Of a DNA stretch of 64,000 nucleotides, positions 41,787 through 56,000 are shown piece after piece. Made by a program: the position numbers and the translations under genes. Source of the stretch: Albugo candida (lineage: Eukaryota); NCBI GenBank assembly GCA_040437565.1, contig JBDOQK010000085.1, positions 1 to 64,000 of the forward strand, given 5' to 3'. Each line of letters starts with the position of its first letter. Position 1 is the stretch's first letter. The notes beneath the pieces were generated by a model that was given only the letters and a program-made list of their open reading frames with translations, did not search any database and had not been told where the DNA came from.

Positions 41787-44700
41787 TCACCAAAATGGAC
41801 ACCACCCGTAATACAGCTGACATAAATTCTCGTGACTGGTCGCTTGTTGAATCAATCGATCGACTTGAACTTGCACACTAAGCACTCGTTTCCCATCATC
41901 AAAATCACGTCCAGCGAGTTTCTTTTTCACGCGTTCCACAACTGAAAGCGCTTTTGCATTCAATTGAGGAAGCGCAACGTCTGTAAACAACGATTGACTG
42001 ATATTATTTGGATCGTGGATTGTTTCATGCCCTAAATCGTCGCCATTTCCTAACGATTCCACCAAATTCGTTTGAAATCCTCCATACAAACTGTCCCCAC
42101 TCGACGAAAAGCGTCTGTGACGTGTGGGTCCCGCGACAACAGACGGAATGCAATCCTCCCCTGCTGGCATGCCCGCATTCTTCGCACTGCTCGTGTCAAT
42201 GAGTTCATCGTCGACGGGTGTACCTTCATCGACGGGCGAAGGTCTCTGAGACGGAATCAAACTTGTTGGATCATTTGTCTGTTCGGAAGAGTGGACAGCT
42301 CCATGCGGTGGCTGTGGTTCTGCGTGTGATGGCATCGTATCTTTCTTCAGTAAACGCCAATTGATCAGAGGATCGTACACAAATGCTTCGAGCACAGCCA
42401 TCAAACTATCTCGATTTTCTCGTAGGACACGCATAGACGCTTCACAAGTGTATCGAAAATTCCCTTCAATTCCGCTGACTTCCATTGCCTGTGTCAACAT
42501 CCGCGTCAATCGAAATGGGATCTTCTCAGGGTATTTGTCACGTTCCATAGCGACTTCAAAACAATCGCCAAAATCAATGTGAACAATCTTCCCAGAAATC
42601 CGATCAAGCATCAAGTTACTTGGATGTCGATCCCCAAGACCAAGAATGTACCCAGCCATCGACATGACAGCCAGAGATCGCGTGTAATTGCGTCGACGAT
42701 CCAACCACACTTCCGAATCTTGGCTCTTTAGCCATAAAACGCGATAAAGATCTTGTCCAGTTGTCTCCCCGAGAGCGTACTGAAAAGCTTCGACTTTTTG
42801 GAACAGTGGTAATTTGTCATAATCTGGGGCCATTTGTATCATCAGTCGATGCTCCACATTCAGTTGAATCTTACGAGCTTCTCGATAGTCGCGAATCAAC
42901 AGATGAAGTGTGTCGCAATTTGGAACCCATCCAATAAGTCCGCTGGTATGCGATAACGGGAGCACAGAGTATCGTTCAATGGAGAGATTCCGTTTACTGG
43001 TATCATTGTCATTCGCCAGCAGGGTGTTGATGACACCAAACAGCTGCATCACACGTTCATCTTGTCGTAAATCCTCATGGCCTTTCAGTAAGAATGGATA
43101 CACTTTCCCATCACTTCCGTTGATTGTGACTTTGCGAGGACGTTGTTTGGATGTCAATACAGTCACTTTGGAGTCAAAGGATTGGATGCGTACGATGGGA
43201 GCACCTGTTTTGTACGTTCCCGGGACAGCCAGACTTAAACCGTGCACAGAGAGCAGCTTTGGACCCACATTTGCTAATTCCAATGTCGACAGATGCGTCA
43301 GTTGCTTGCGTATCTTTGAAAAGATATTGTAGTAGATATCCCACGCTTGGTTCAAATCGCCTACGTTCTTGGTCTGCTCGTATACATTCGTCCAAGCTTT
43401 TGCACAACGCAAATCTCGAGCAAACGCCTGGAAGAATGCGACTTCCCGCAGTGTTGGAGCTTCTTCGAGTCCAATGCTGTCAATCTGTTGATGGAGTGGA
43501 GCAAGTTCCGCGATCATCGCTTCGGCGTCGTGATTGTTAAAGTAATGTTTGGACGCTTCTTCCAGTGCGCCATACCAAAGCTCGTTCCACAGAATAGCGA
43601 CTCGGATGAGCTCTCGTGACACCATAGCGGCTTCATACACGAGTTTGGGTGAATGACGACGAACTGCAGCGAGAATACCTTCAGCAGCCGATTTCCGAGT
43701 AGCACTCATCGCCTTGGACGCGACTGTGATCGGGTAAATAAGTGCTTGTGGATGTGCAAAGCCAATACGAACAAGAAGCTCATGCAACAGTTCATTCATT
43801 CGAGGATGCGGCGAATCAATCCGAGCGATCAACTGAGGAATCACATCGAGCCACGTGTCGATAGAAACCTCTTGAAACCCAATTGTCATGGTCTCATGCA
43901 CCTCGATACTGTTTCCGTACGCAAACCAAAGCGTTAACAGTCGCAAGACGTCTTTGGTAAAGTCGTACTGAGTATGTCCGAATGAAATGGATCGGAAAAA
44001 CCCTTGGATCGCTGGAGGCGCATACTGCGCGCCTTCGATGAGAGACGCTGGGCCGGGTACGGCAACGGAGCCTGGAAGTCTTCCCTCGTTGGAATTCTTC
44101 TCGTGTGCATCTCCTCGCACAATGACTTCGATCGCTCGGAAATTCATCAGCGCCCATTCTCGCCAGGCTTTGTGGTTTGTCGGCTCGAGTCGAGTCGCTG
44201 TTTCCAAACGACTAAGCACTTGTTCAAAGACCTGATCAAACTGTTTGCCTGGCTCTAAAGACGACATTTGCCATTCGCTCAGTTGGATATACGCTTGGAC
44301 ACGCAATCGGATCATTTCCTCATCCGATTCATCGCCTTGTTGTTCCAACACATCGATCAAATGGGACATTTGCTTCAACGCGATATCCTCACGATTTTCC
44401 GCCCATAAATGACGCAAATAGCTCAATGCGACACGAGGATCCGCAGAAGACCCGTCTCCGAAATTGGCAAGCGTATGGAATCGACGCATCGATGGTCCAG
44501 CACTTCGATTCGTATCATTTCCAAGTCCATGTACAGCTGTATTCGTTGTCAGTGTGGTCAAATTGATTGGTAATGGAGCGTATGGGTCATTTTGTATGCT
44601 TCGAATGAATGGTTGAGCACCCACACGCCAAAGCGCTGTCGCTGCCAATTTCAAATGCCCGGCTTTGCTGCAAAGTCGCGAGTATTTAAGCCAGATATCC

Positions 44701-47700
44701 AAATCTTCACGAGCATCAAACACCAGCGTTCGCACTAGCATGATATCCTGCCAGACCTCAATATTCCGTTCGACACCGAGAATTCGATGTGTCCATATTT
44801 TCTGAAGTCGTTCGAGCGCCAATTGTTTGTCGTGTTCCAAAGAGATTGATGGAGTAGAGACAAATGTTTGTCGAATGCTTTCCTTCTGACGTGAGAGTTC
44901 TTTTCCGGTCAGTACGGGAGACAGAATGGATGGACGAACGTTTACGGAGGTCGCCATCGATGACGTCGGTGCTGGATTCAAAAGTGTGATATCGCCATTA
45001 CCAGCGGCTGTGAATCGATCCAAATACGCAACGATCTCTTCCAATTCCGTCAGACATTGTAATCGGACAATACTTGGAGCATACGCACGTGCATAGCTCT
45101 CACTCACAAGCGATCGAAGTGTTGGATCCATCGTCTTACGACATGATTTGATCTCATCCATTGCTTCATCCAATTCCATATTTCGTATCGCTACAAGCGC
45201 TCGGAACATATGTGCTTGGGTCTCTTCCATATCGGAATTGATATATTTTGGTATGGTGTCCCAATTCTGTAAAAGTAATGCGACTTGCGCGCCATTACTG
45301 CACAGTTCTTTCTTGAGAGCTGGGGGTACATCAAGGAGCGATTTCGACAAAGCACGCGAAGTATCATTCTGGCTTGAGGTTTCTTCATCAGTCATACCGC
45401 TGGGGCTTTCATCATCTTGTCCGTAGATCTTTGTCCATGTTTCCTGGACGTGGTCATTGAGCTTGTTCCATTCACCGATGGCGAACAAACACCGCATTTT
45501 CCCAAAGATTGCTTCGACGTCATTGGAATGTTGTTGAAGAATACGATCATACGTAGCCAATGCGTCATCCCATCGAAGTAATTTCTCGTGCCATGAGGCT
45601 TTCACTTCGAGGCCTGGAAGATGATCGAGCGCGTACTTGAGGATCCCACGAGCAGCTTCAGGCTGATTCAGCTTGGAATTGATGCTAATAAGCGCCTGAA
45701 TCCCATCCGCAACGGGATTCGTATTGAATTCCAACTCTTTGTAATGCAACGCTTTCGCAAAGGAATGACATTTTTCAGCTAAAGAGCCTAAAAGTCGAAT
45801 ATCAATTGGAAGCGATTGGTCGTCGTGTTCCATGAATTCCGCCAAATTCAAAAGCGTTTGAAGTATTTCCGATGGAAGTTGAGCCGATTGGAAAGCTGTT
45901 TCAAGCGCTCGAATCAAATTGTCTTGCGTCGGAGAGCTCAAATGTGGCCAAACACTTACAAAAGCGGCATTGAATAGCTCACGCGCGAGTGGCTGGTACA
46001 CGGATGCCAGCTCTTTACACGCACGCAACACGGGTGATGGTGATTCACGAAGCAATTCCACAGAGAATGCTCGCATCCATTCACTCCAGTCTTCCTTGGT
46101 GCTGCATTGTGAAGCTTCCCACGCTTTGATCAGATTCTTCTGATCGCATGGTAAGGTTTTCAGTTCCTCTTGCGCAGAATTGGATGTATTTGTGCTCGTG
46201 GTGTTGGATGTGACGTTTGTATTGGCGATTCCCGAATTGTTCCCGTGAGCACTGGCACTACCGCCTTCCTTGTTCATAGTCGTTGCCCACGAAGCGACAG
46301 GAAGCGGTTGATGTTTGAGTATTTTGGAGACGAGAAGATCGTATCGATCAAAGATATCTTGTGTCCGAGAAGGTGATGCCGCCGACGACGATGTTGCTTG
46401 TCTTCCGAGAACTTGGGAGATCACAGGCACAAAAATGGCATAATCGTCGCCCATTGTGTACACCATACAACAGAGACAATCCATCGCCAAGTAAATGAGT
46501 TCCGATTGTGTGGCAATCACACGAGCAAGTGTGTGTATGATTTTGGATGCAAATACGCTGACATTGAGCTTCTTGACAAGTGATCCCAGCGATCCCAGCG
46601 CTTGTTTTCGAGCATTCAAATCAGCTTCACTTTGTATCATTGTCACCAGCGCGGGAATGATTAAATGGAGGTACCCATCAAGTAAACGGCCAAGTGAGAC
46701 TGTGGTTTTGAGCACAAGCAATGTGCGCGGTCGACTGGGTGTATCGCGTTCGCTTCGGATCACTCGTAAGAGTTGAGGGATGAGATCGGGCAAGTACACT
46801 CGGAAGCCTTCACCGAGTGAGATTGCGAGTTTCTTGACGATATTGAGCACTTCCTCCATGTATTCGTCCCAGTACTGATGCACAATAGCGAGCATGGCGT
46901 TATGGTCCAAATGCGATTGTATTTGTTCCTCTACAATTTCAATGAGATCACAAAGCGCGTCGAATAGGAATTTACGAAGCGATCGGCTGTTTGCTTTGTC
47001 CAAAGTGTACAGAAACGCTGGAATGATTTTGGGTAAATGAGGCTCAATGCGCTTTCGAAGTGTCTTGCAAATGTACATGACAGCAACAAATGTTCCCTGG
47101 TAATGCACGGAATTGCGTGCTTCCAAGAGAATTCGCGTGAGTGCGTTGACAGCGACGGTGGGAAAGTATTGAGCAGCGTCATTTCCAATCATCGACGGAA
47201 GCAAGTCTTCGGGTGGCACCTCCAACACGACACTGGACGCCTCGTACACGATGCCGTTTTTAATGGTTTTCTGCTTTTCCTTTTGTGTGTCTTTGCGTTC
47301 TCGAGACACAAGAAGAAACGACATATCGAGCAATTCATCATTGCCATCGCTGAGGGCGTTGGGGAGAAATGGGAACGACGCAGAGGTCGTAGTGGAATGA
47401 CTCCAATTGTTTCGATTCCCCTGAGGATAATACATGGTCATGATATCCATTCCCGCTTCTGAGATAGTTTCTGTGAGATGATTTGGGTCGTGTGCGCTTC
47501 GAATGCGATACTTTAGAGCCGCTGGAAGCTTTCCTTGCTTTTCCAAGTGGAACAAACGCAAATCATATGGATCCAAAGCACCCAAAATCCCGATCGTGCG
47601 TCCAGCTTCCATTCGCAGTGATGCATTGGCATCGCCCGACTTTTGCAGTGCTTGACAAAGAAGATCCAATAGCTCCGGGTACTCGTGATACGGACGACAC

Positions 47701-50376
47701 ACGTAGCCTGTGGAAGAGATCAATTGCCCGAGACTCTTTATTGCGACTTGGAGAATCTGTGCGTTACTCGCTTCTCTCATTTCATCGATGACTTCGGGCA
47801 ATAAAAGATGCAAGTAAGGAGTGAATTCATCGGCTGCAACTTGAGCCAAATCGCCCAAAGTCGCCAGAATCGCTTTGCTGACACTCACAGTACTTCGACT
47901 GCTTCGACTTCGTAAAACAGAATCTTGTCGGAGATTTTTCATCAGCGCACTGAGAATTGGAAGGACATACGGTTTGGCCAAATGCGAAGCCGATCGAAGA
48001 AGACATCCGACCAATACAGCGGCTTCTTCTTTTGTCTGTGTGTCACCGCTATACTCCAATTCAGCAAGCAATTGCACAAGTGTTTGACGTAAAGATGGAA
48101 GAATCACTGAAGGATTGTGGTGTGCAAGTCGTCCCAATGTGCTCATCGCTCGCTGTCGGATCTCAAACACTTCATCGTGGAGCGAAATGAACAGACAACG
48201 GAGATTGTCGTCTTGACCCAACAATGGATCAAAACGTGCATCCAACGACTCCAACACCTGTAGACGAATACTCGCATCTGTATCGGCGATTCCGACTGTA
48301 AGAAGACGTTCTAAAACGACCGAAACGGGTCGATCAAAATCTTCCATTTTCGACACTGTGCGTCCAAGTCGCCGATTTCGTTCGTTTGATGGGAGTAAAA
48401 GCTTGCAGCAAGTGAGTGCGGCGCTCTTTCGAATCGCTGTCGCTTCATGATCTAAAAACTTGACAACTTGTTCATGTACGAATTGCATGATTGGAATATG
48501 TCGATTCCCTTGGAAATCAAACGCGGCCAAAGTCTCTAGTGCCAGCGCTTGCTTATANNNNNNNNNNNNNNNNNNNNNNNNNNNNNNNNNNNNNNNNNNN
48601 NNNNNNNNNNNNNNNNNNNNNNNNNNNNNNNNNNNNNNNNNNNNNNNNNNNNNNNNNACGACCGAAACGGGTCGATCAAAATCTTCCATTTTCGACACTG
48701 TGCGTCCAAGTCGCCGATTTCGTTCGTTTGATGGGAGTAAAAGCTTGCAGCAAGTGAGTGCGGCGCTCTTTCGAATCGCTGTCGCTTCATGATCTAAAAA
48801 CTTGACAACTTGTTCATGTACGAATTGCATGATTGGAATATGTCGATTCCCTTGGAAATCAAACGCGGCCAAAGTCTCTAGTGCCAGCGCTTGCTTATAG
48901 ATCGCAGCCGATACGACTTCCGAGGCGCCTTGTAATGTGTTGTCCGATGACGCAGTGGTAGCTCCAGTGGCTGTTTTCGTTTGTGTGATGGCATTAGAAA
49001 AGATGGACAGCAAATGAGTGGACGTCGCTGTGATGGAAGAAGCTTTGATACGTGCTCGAGAAACACCTGCAGCATTCGATCCGCTGTTTTCTGGTGTATT
49101 CCGTGTTATGCTCAGAATTGTGCTGATCCTTTCGAAGAGTCGAAGTTGAATCACAGAGCGCTGAGAAGGGATTTTCTTTATGATAGTAGTAAGTGTTTCG
49201 ACCAGAGACGAGTCCAAATCATGATGGAAAAGGACGAGTAGAATAGACTCCAAATCCACCCGAACGAGAATCGATCCAACAGCTTCCGCCAGCATCCTCA
49301 AACAAGCCAATGCCTCTTTGTGTGTATCTGAATCCTTCTTCTTCACTTCGCGGAGACCAAACTTGATCCCACTCATGATTCCTCCGAGTGTCCGACTATC
49401 TCTGGCAAGTCCCGGTCCAATCGCCAATGCGAGCTTCCCCGTTGACAGGAGAGCATCACCGCGAGTAGAAGTGGATGGATTGTGCAACACTTCCAGCAAG
49501 TGGTTCATACAGAGCGCATAACACGATTCCGAGAATGCCGATACATTGAATTTTGCGAGACGAGGGAAAAGATTGATTACAGCAGAGCGTACAGTTGAAT
49601 TTCGATGCTCTCTATGTTCGAGGATTTTACGACAGATTTTGGAAAAATGAGGATGCATAAAGTCGCCGCTGTTACGAAGCAATTCATTGATGATCAGAAG
49701 TGCACCATGCGCGAAATCCGAGTTATTTCGAGCAAATGCTCGATTGGCTTCTTCCAAGGCACGAAGGTACCACCCGCTTTTGCGATTCGATTCGCGCTGT
49801 TGGATGAGAGAGAAATAGCTTTGCAGGGAGTCGGCCGCACTCATGCGAACGATAATTTTCGAGTCCCAAAATGCACACCAAATGACATCGAAACATTTCT
49901 CAATATGGCGAAATGCAGTGGAAGGCGCGTTGACTGCAAGTTCCTTCAAAATCATTGTGGCTGCATGACGACGGACTTGAAAGCTGTCGTTCTGCAGCCA
50001 TGTTAGAGCGGGCGTGACATGGTAATCCTCTACGAATTCAATGAGGCGAGTGCCAGCGGTGGAAACAATGTGACCCAAAGCTTTCGATGCGAGTTTGAGT
50101 GTCGGAAGATCGGCGCTTGGGATCTTTTCAAAGACTTTTGTGAGGGAATGAGCAAATTCAATGATAATTTGATCGTTTCTTTCTGCGATAAACACTTCTA
50201 TCAGCTCATCCATTGCTGCGATACCGCTGATCTTATCGAGTGTGTCATTGCTATTGCATAGTTCCATCAATTTAGAGCTTAATTCGGATACCCATTTGAT
50301 ATAATGATTGTGTGATACATCACGGGATTCAGACTCAATAGAGTGGCGAAGTTCTCGTGCTGTTCGCGTACGAATT
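41787..50376 (-). CDS. TOR: Target of rapamycin kinase; extreme N-terminus lost in the gap at 50377-50476
   Basis: HEAT repeats, FAT, FRB (ILWNELWYGALEEAS), kinase (LLKGHEDLRQDERVMQ; GLGDRHPSN; IDFGD) and FATC (LCQLYYGWCPFW). No introns in the visible part. Confidence 0.98.
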
Positions 50377-50780
50377 NNNNNNNNNNNNNNNNNNNNNNNN
50401 NNNNNNNNNNNNNNNNNNNNNNNNNNNNNNNNNNNNNNNNNNNNNNNNNNNNNNNNNNNNNNNNNNNNNNNNNNNNCTCTCATATGATGTACTGCCAGAC
50501 TTGATACATTTGCCATCCACCGTCCTATTATGTTGGGGAAGGCTTCTCTGTAGTGTTGTCTTGTTTGCGTGCAGCATTTCATGTCTCCAATAATTTAAGT
50601 TTTGAGTAGGATGAATGGGATTTGCGATGATCCTATAGTATGGTTGGGAGAACAGGAAAGTTCTGACCTTCAACCCGTTACCCCTTCGATATTTTGCTCT
50701 ACAGGATTTAAATCGAAACATGCTCTGAACACAGCCACGTGCTATCTACGACAGACATCATTTTTCTTTTTCCACACGAG

Positions 50781-51765
50781 ATGAAGGTGTATTCAAGTTT
50801 GTTCCTTCCTGTGGTGCTTTCCCAACCAAATAAAGATTGCTTCATTCCTGAAAGCGGTATACACTGTTGGGAACCTGGCGATAGCATTCCTGTCGAGAAG
50901 CCAACATTCTTCACGCTAGCTAAATCAGATAAGNNNNNNNNNNNNNNNNNNNNNNNNNNNNNNNNNNNNNNNNNNNNNNNNNNNNNNNNNNNNNNNNNNN
51001 NNNNNNNNNNNNNNNNNNNNNNNNNNNNNNNNNAGGGAACCTGGCGATAGCATTCCTGTCGAGAAGCCAACATTCTTCACGCTAGCTAAATCAGATAAGC
51101 CGGTGAAATTAAAGTGTCTACTATCGAATGGTGAACAGTTTAATGGAGGTGAATACAATCTTGCTCCTTATGGCGATGGCCACTTTTGTGTTACTTTTCA
51201 GTACAGATTTAATAAGGGAACCTTGACGCTGCAGCGAAATGGGGCTAGGCGGGAGGATGCTCACAAAGCGTCTGAATCGAAGACATGGGTTTTAACAGAT
51301 ATGATTGTCAAATGGAAGAAGCCAAAAGACTCTACACTAACTGGAATTCTTGGCCAAACAATAACTTTCCAGATGGATTATATTGGCCTTGGCGTACCAT
51401 ATCAAAGTGTGATGGAGGATTTGAAAGAGAAAGAAGAGCATAGACGTACAGTTTACGCACTGGATGTAGATGATACGGAGATCGAAATTCCTTATACCAA
51501 ACATAAGCTTCAAGATGGTAAAGGTAAATGGATATTGGGATGGGATGTTATGAAATCGATGGACATTACGTTTGGCAAAGCGAACAAAATAGAGCACTAT
51601 ATTCAGCAGTCAGTTGCTGGACTTCCCGCACAACGTTACCCGGAAGGTGTCATTCTTACGCTGACTGAGTCAAATGCGATTGATAATGCGACAAGCTCAA
51701 TCAATTTGTTGCACTCTTTTCCTTCCCAAAGTTATCCTTTCTATCTTCCTTTCATCCGAGACTGA
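50781..51765 (+). CDS. Putative secreted protein A (about 272 aa after removing the gap duplication), paralog of 58028-58783
   Basis: MKVYSSLFLPVVLS leader. Shares EYNLAPxGDG, FQYxFxKG, GLGVP and GKWxxGxxVMxxMDIxF with protein B. Confidence 0.85.
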
Positions 51766-52132
51766 ATCACAAAACGCTCCACTCAGGAAAGCGCGATGAG
51801 TTGTAGGGGTACACAAGGTTCCTGTACCATCTTGTACACCAATCCGCTTGGAACACATAAATACCTCCTATGCGACACCACTTAAAAGAATCTGTACGCT
51901 GAGCAATGTATTTCGCGTATAAGCAATGAATATGCAATAGGGTGTACAATATCAATCGAAACTTCTCCCCATTTGGACGCGATGCCATTCGCTAAGGCCC
52001 CATAAGCTTAATCGATCGTAAGATAGCGACAGNNNNNNNNNNNNNNNNNNNNNNNNNNNNNNNNNNNNNNNNNNNNNNNNNNNNNNNNNNNNNNNNNNNN
52101 NNNNNNNNNNNNNNNNNNNNNNNNNNNNNNNN

Positions 52133-52560
52133 TCTGCAATCGCCATGACAATACCGCTATTTCACACACATAATAAGCCTAAACACAGTTCAACATTGCC
52201 GAAAACATCACCTTCGATATGCTGTAATTTGCTTAGACTTGAGCCAGTACCAAAACGCATCGCAATGCGCAGAACATTCCATCAATTCTTCTTCGTTTTT
52301 CCTCCGAATTCCTCTTCAAGATTCCCATCAGAATGTGCGCCAAGTGTCTGAGACGTAACATACCTTTAGCATCAAAAACTTTCCTATCAGTTGATATGTA
52401 TTCGTCACACGATCTTTCTCCTCACCACTCGCTAACTTCGAAATTGCAGCGCTTCCAATCCCTGGCACATCTAGTGAATCGCTTGTCAGTGGCGCTCTGA
52501 GAAAAGCCGCCAGTCGATCTTCCGCGATCCGAGACTTTGTGGATCATAGCCGTCACTCAT
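52133..52560 (-). pseudogene. Barrier-to-autointegration factor (BAF)-like gene with two frameshifts; 3' end in gap
   Basis: Reconstructed: MSDGYDP/KSRIAEDRLAAFLRAPLTSDSLDVPGIGSAAISKLASGEEKDRVTNTYQLIGKFLMLK|...CSAHCDAFWYWLKSKQITAYRS|GIVMAIA. Two small introns; CCAAT about 60 bp upstream. Confidence 0.7.
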
Positions 52561-53070
52561 ATTCGAGCTTCTTATCCTGGTTTGCTTTTTATGTGAACAC
52601 ACCATTATGGTGTACAATCCCTATTGGTCGAATAAAAGAATCATTTCCACCAATTCAATCGCTTTAATGGTTCACCCTTTCGCTGCAATTTAGAACAGTA
52701 ACTTGTGAATCGATCGCAGCAATAAAAATTGCTGTTGACGGAATAAATGTATTTGCTTTTTCGAATGTTACAATGATACGCACTCGGACAAAAAGGAAGT
52801 GCGTGCAAATGCGCGCACAAGTTGAAACAGTACGTAACGAAAATCGCTTACGCAGTATATGCGAATGCCACAACTTCTTACTAGCACTCGACAGAATCTC
52901 TATACACGAAATCCGCAAAAGGAACCAGTACATCGTAGTAATTGTCACGATCAAAGGTTACAGTATTCACATCTCTACAGAAGGACTAGGTAACTTCTAC
53001 ATAACCTTCTCTCCTGCCCTACCCACACTGCCCTTCTCGCTATGCGATACTGTCACAATCAATAGGTCGC

Positions 53071-56000
53071 TTAGCGCGTCGATAAACATGATCGACTCAA
53101 TTGTCCTAGAAATTCCGCATACGAAAATGTACCGCCTTGAAAACTGGCACGATCTTCNNNNNNNNNNNNNNNNNNNNNNNNNNNNNNNNNNNNNNNNNNN
53201 NNNNNNNNNNNNNNNNNNNNNNNNNNNNNNNNNNNNNNNNNNNNNNNNNNNNNNNNNGGGAGCCCATCCAAAAGTGCGTCAATGACGTCACGCGACTCAC
53301 TCAAATTGACCAAAAGCTCGTCTGGGATCGGTATAAACAGCTCTTCAAGATCGGCAATCACCATCATTTGAGGTGTTTTGAGTGTTGCCTATGAACAAAG
53401 TATGAGACACGAAGCAAAGAATGCATGACGAGCTACTTGCTTTGAGATTGTAAAAGTGAACCGTGCTATCAAATGTGATGAAACCCAAGCGTGTGCGAGG
53501 ACTGCCGGGTAAATGATCCAATTGCGTTTTGATGGTTTCTGTAATAGCACGCAGAGCTCCAACTCCTGGGGCGGATACGTCAATCACAAAGACATAACAC
53601 GGAGGCTGTGGAGGTCGCATCATGTACTCGGAAGGAGCTACAAACTCAACGCTTCCTTTATGTAATTCCGGACGTTCTTCTCGATCCTGACGCTGCTGAT
53701 TCGATTTAAGATGAGAAAAGTAAGAACTTGCAACATCGTTGGAAACACCACACAAATTGCATCGCCAACGTCGACCATTATCCACCCACTGAACGAATGG
53801 ATTGATATATGTGCGGCAGTGACGACATCGGACGACTCCCGTGGACCCAAAATTGATTACATCCAATTCCTACATCCATCCCGTTAGTCGTATACACGAT
53901 AGCACAACACCTCGTACTTGGTTTTGTGGTGCTAAAGGCCGAATTACGACACCAATTGTGATATGCGAACGATTGGCAAAGTCTTGCGAGTGGGGAAGAA
54001 CGCTGACACTTGCACGCATAAAGTCTGGAGAGCATTGAGATGCCATCAATTCATCCGAAATGGAATCNNNNNNNNNNNNNNNNNNNNNNNNNNNNNNNNN
54101 NNNNNNNNNNNNNNNNNNNNNNNNNNNNNNNNNNNNNNNNNNNNNNNNNNNNNNNNNNNNNNNNNNNTTGTGGTGCTAAAGGCCGAATTACGACACCAAT
54201 TGTGATATGCGAACGATTGGCAAAGTCTTGCGAGTGGGGAAGAACGCTGACACTTGCACGCATAAAGTCTGGAGAGCATTGAGATGCCATCAATTCATCC
54301 GAAATGGAATCCGATTGAAGTGGAAGGGATCCTATTTACATGGAATTTGAGTGAGAATAGTGTTAGATTGTGGAATCGTCAACTTACCCATCGTATCAGG
54401 CTGCTGATAGTTCCCACTTGCGAGTTCATTCGTGCTATAATTCGACGGTGGCCCGCTCATGTAGTTTTGTGTGCCTGAGAGTGGTCCAGGCTCATTATTT
54501 ATCCGAGTTGGTGCGTTTAATGAACCCACTGGTGGCCGCACCCCCGGAGTATTACTCATCGCATTCGTCACTTCTGTCGGAGGACCCGCTAGCGCTCCAC
54601 TCGGATACCTACCCGGCTGCGCTGGAGCGGCATTGTACTGCGATGAAGGTCCGCCCGGCTGCACTGGAAAAGCATTGGACTGCGCTGAAGGTCCGCCCGG
54701 CTGCATTGAAGGGGCATTATACTGCGACGGAGGTCTACCCACCTTCATGGGTGGAGCATTGGACTGCATTGGCGGACCACTTGGCTGCATTGAAGGGGCA
54801 TTGTACTGCGCCAAATGTCCACCCGGTTGCACTGGAGGGGCATTGGGCTGCGCTGGAGGTCCGCCTGACTGCATAACAGGAGCATTGGACTGCATTGGCG
54901 GACCACTTGGCTGCATTGAAGGGGCATTGTACTGCGCCAAATGTCCACCCGGTTGCACTGGAGGGGCATTGGGCTGCGCTGGAGGTCCGCCTGACTGCAT
55001 AACAGGAGCATTGGACTGCATTGGCGGACCACTTGGCTGCATTGAAGGGGCATTGTACTGCGCCAAATGTCCACCCGGTTGCACTGGAGGGGCATTGGGC
55101 TGCGCTGGAGGTCCGCCTGACTGCATAACAGGAGCATTGGACTGCATTGGCGGACCACTTGGCTGCATTGAAGGGGCATTGTACTGCGCCAAATGTCCAC
55201 CCGGTTGCACTGGAGGGGCATTGGGCTGCGCTGGAGGTCCGCCTGACTGCATAACAGGAGCATTGGACTGCATTGGCGGACCACTTGGCTGCATTGAAGG
55301 GGCATTGTACTGCGCCAAATGTCCACCCGGTTGCACTGGAGGGGCATTGGGCTGCGCTGGAGGTCCGCCTGACTGCATAACAGGAGCATTGGACTGCATT
55401 GGCGGACCACTTGGCTGCATTGAAGGGGCATTGTACTGCGCCAAATGTCCACCCGGTTGCACTGGAGGGNNNNNNNNNNNNNNNNNNNNNNNNNNNNNNN
55501 NNNNNNNNNNNNNNNNNNNNNNNNNNNNNNNNNNNNNNNNNNNNNNNNNNNNNNNNNNNNNNNNNNNNNGGACCACTTGGCTGCATTGAAGGGGCATTGT
55601 ACTGCGCCAAATGTCCACCCGGTTGCACTGGAGGGGCATTGGGCTGCGCTGGAGGTCCGCCTGACTGCATAACAGGAGCATTGGACTGCATTGGCGGACC
55701 ACTTGGCTGCATTGAAGGGGCATTGTACTGCGCCAAATGTCCACCCGGTTGCACTGGAGGGGCATTGGGCTGCGCTGGAGGTCCGCCTGACTGCATAACA
55801 GGAGCATTGGACTGCATTGGCGGACCACTTGGCTGCATTGAAGGGGCATTGTACTGCGCCAAATGTCCACCCGGTTGCACTGGAGGGGCATTGGGCTGCG
55901 CTGGAGGTCCGCCTGACTGCATAACAGGAGCATTGGACTGCATTGGCGGACCACTTGGCTGCATTGAAGGGGCATTGTACTGCGCCAAATGTCCACCCGG

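Noticed and set aside
48318-48897. Internal domain duplication in TOR (also in the HMMR-like, ZRANB2, Sec24 and PH-like genes and secreted gene A)
   Set aside because: Exact duplicates flanking 100-N gaps are assembly overlaps.
50477-50582. MKCCTQ... as the TOR N-terminus (2931-aa ORF)
   Set aside because: Joined to TOR only through Ns. The segment is homologous to non-coding DNA upstream of secreted gene B.
52773-53285. 170-256 aa ORFs in the inverted repeat (also 60610-61380)
   Set aside because: Antisense to the Sec24 3' end and flank, extended through Ns; conservation reflects recent duplication.
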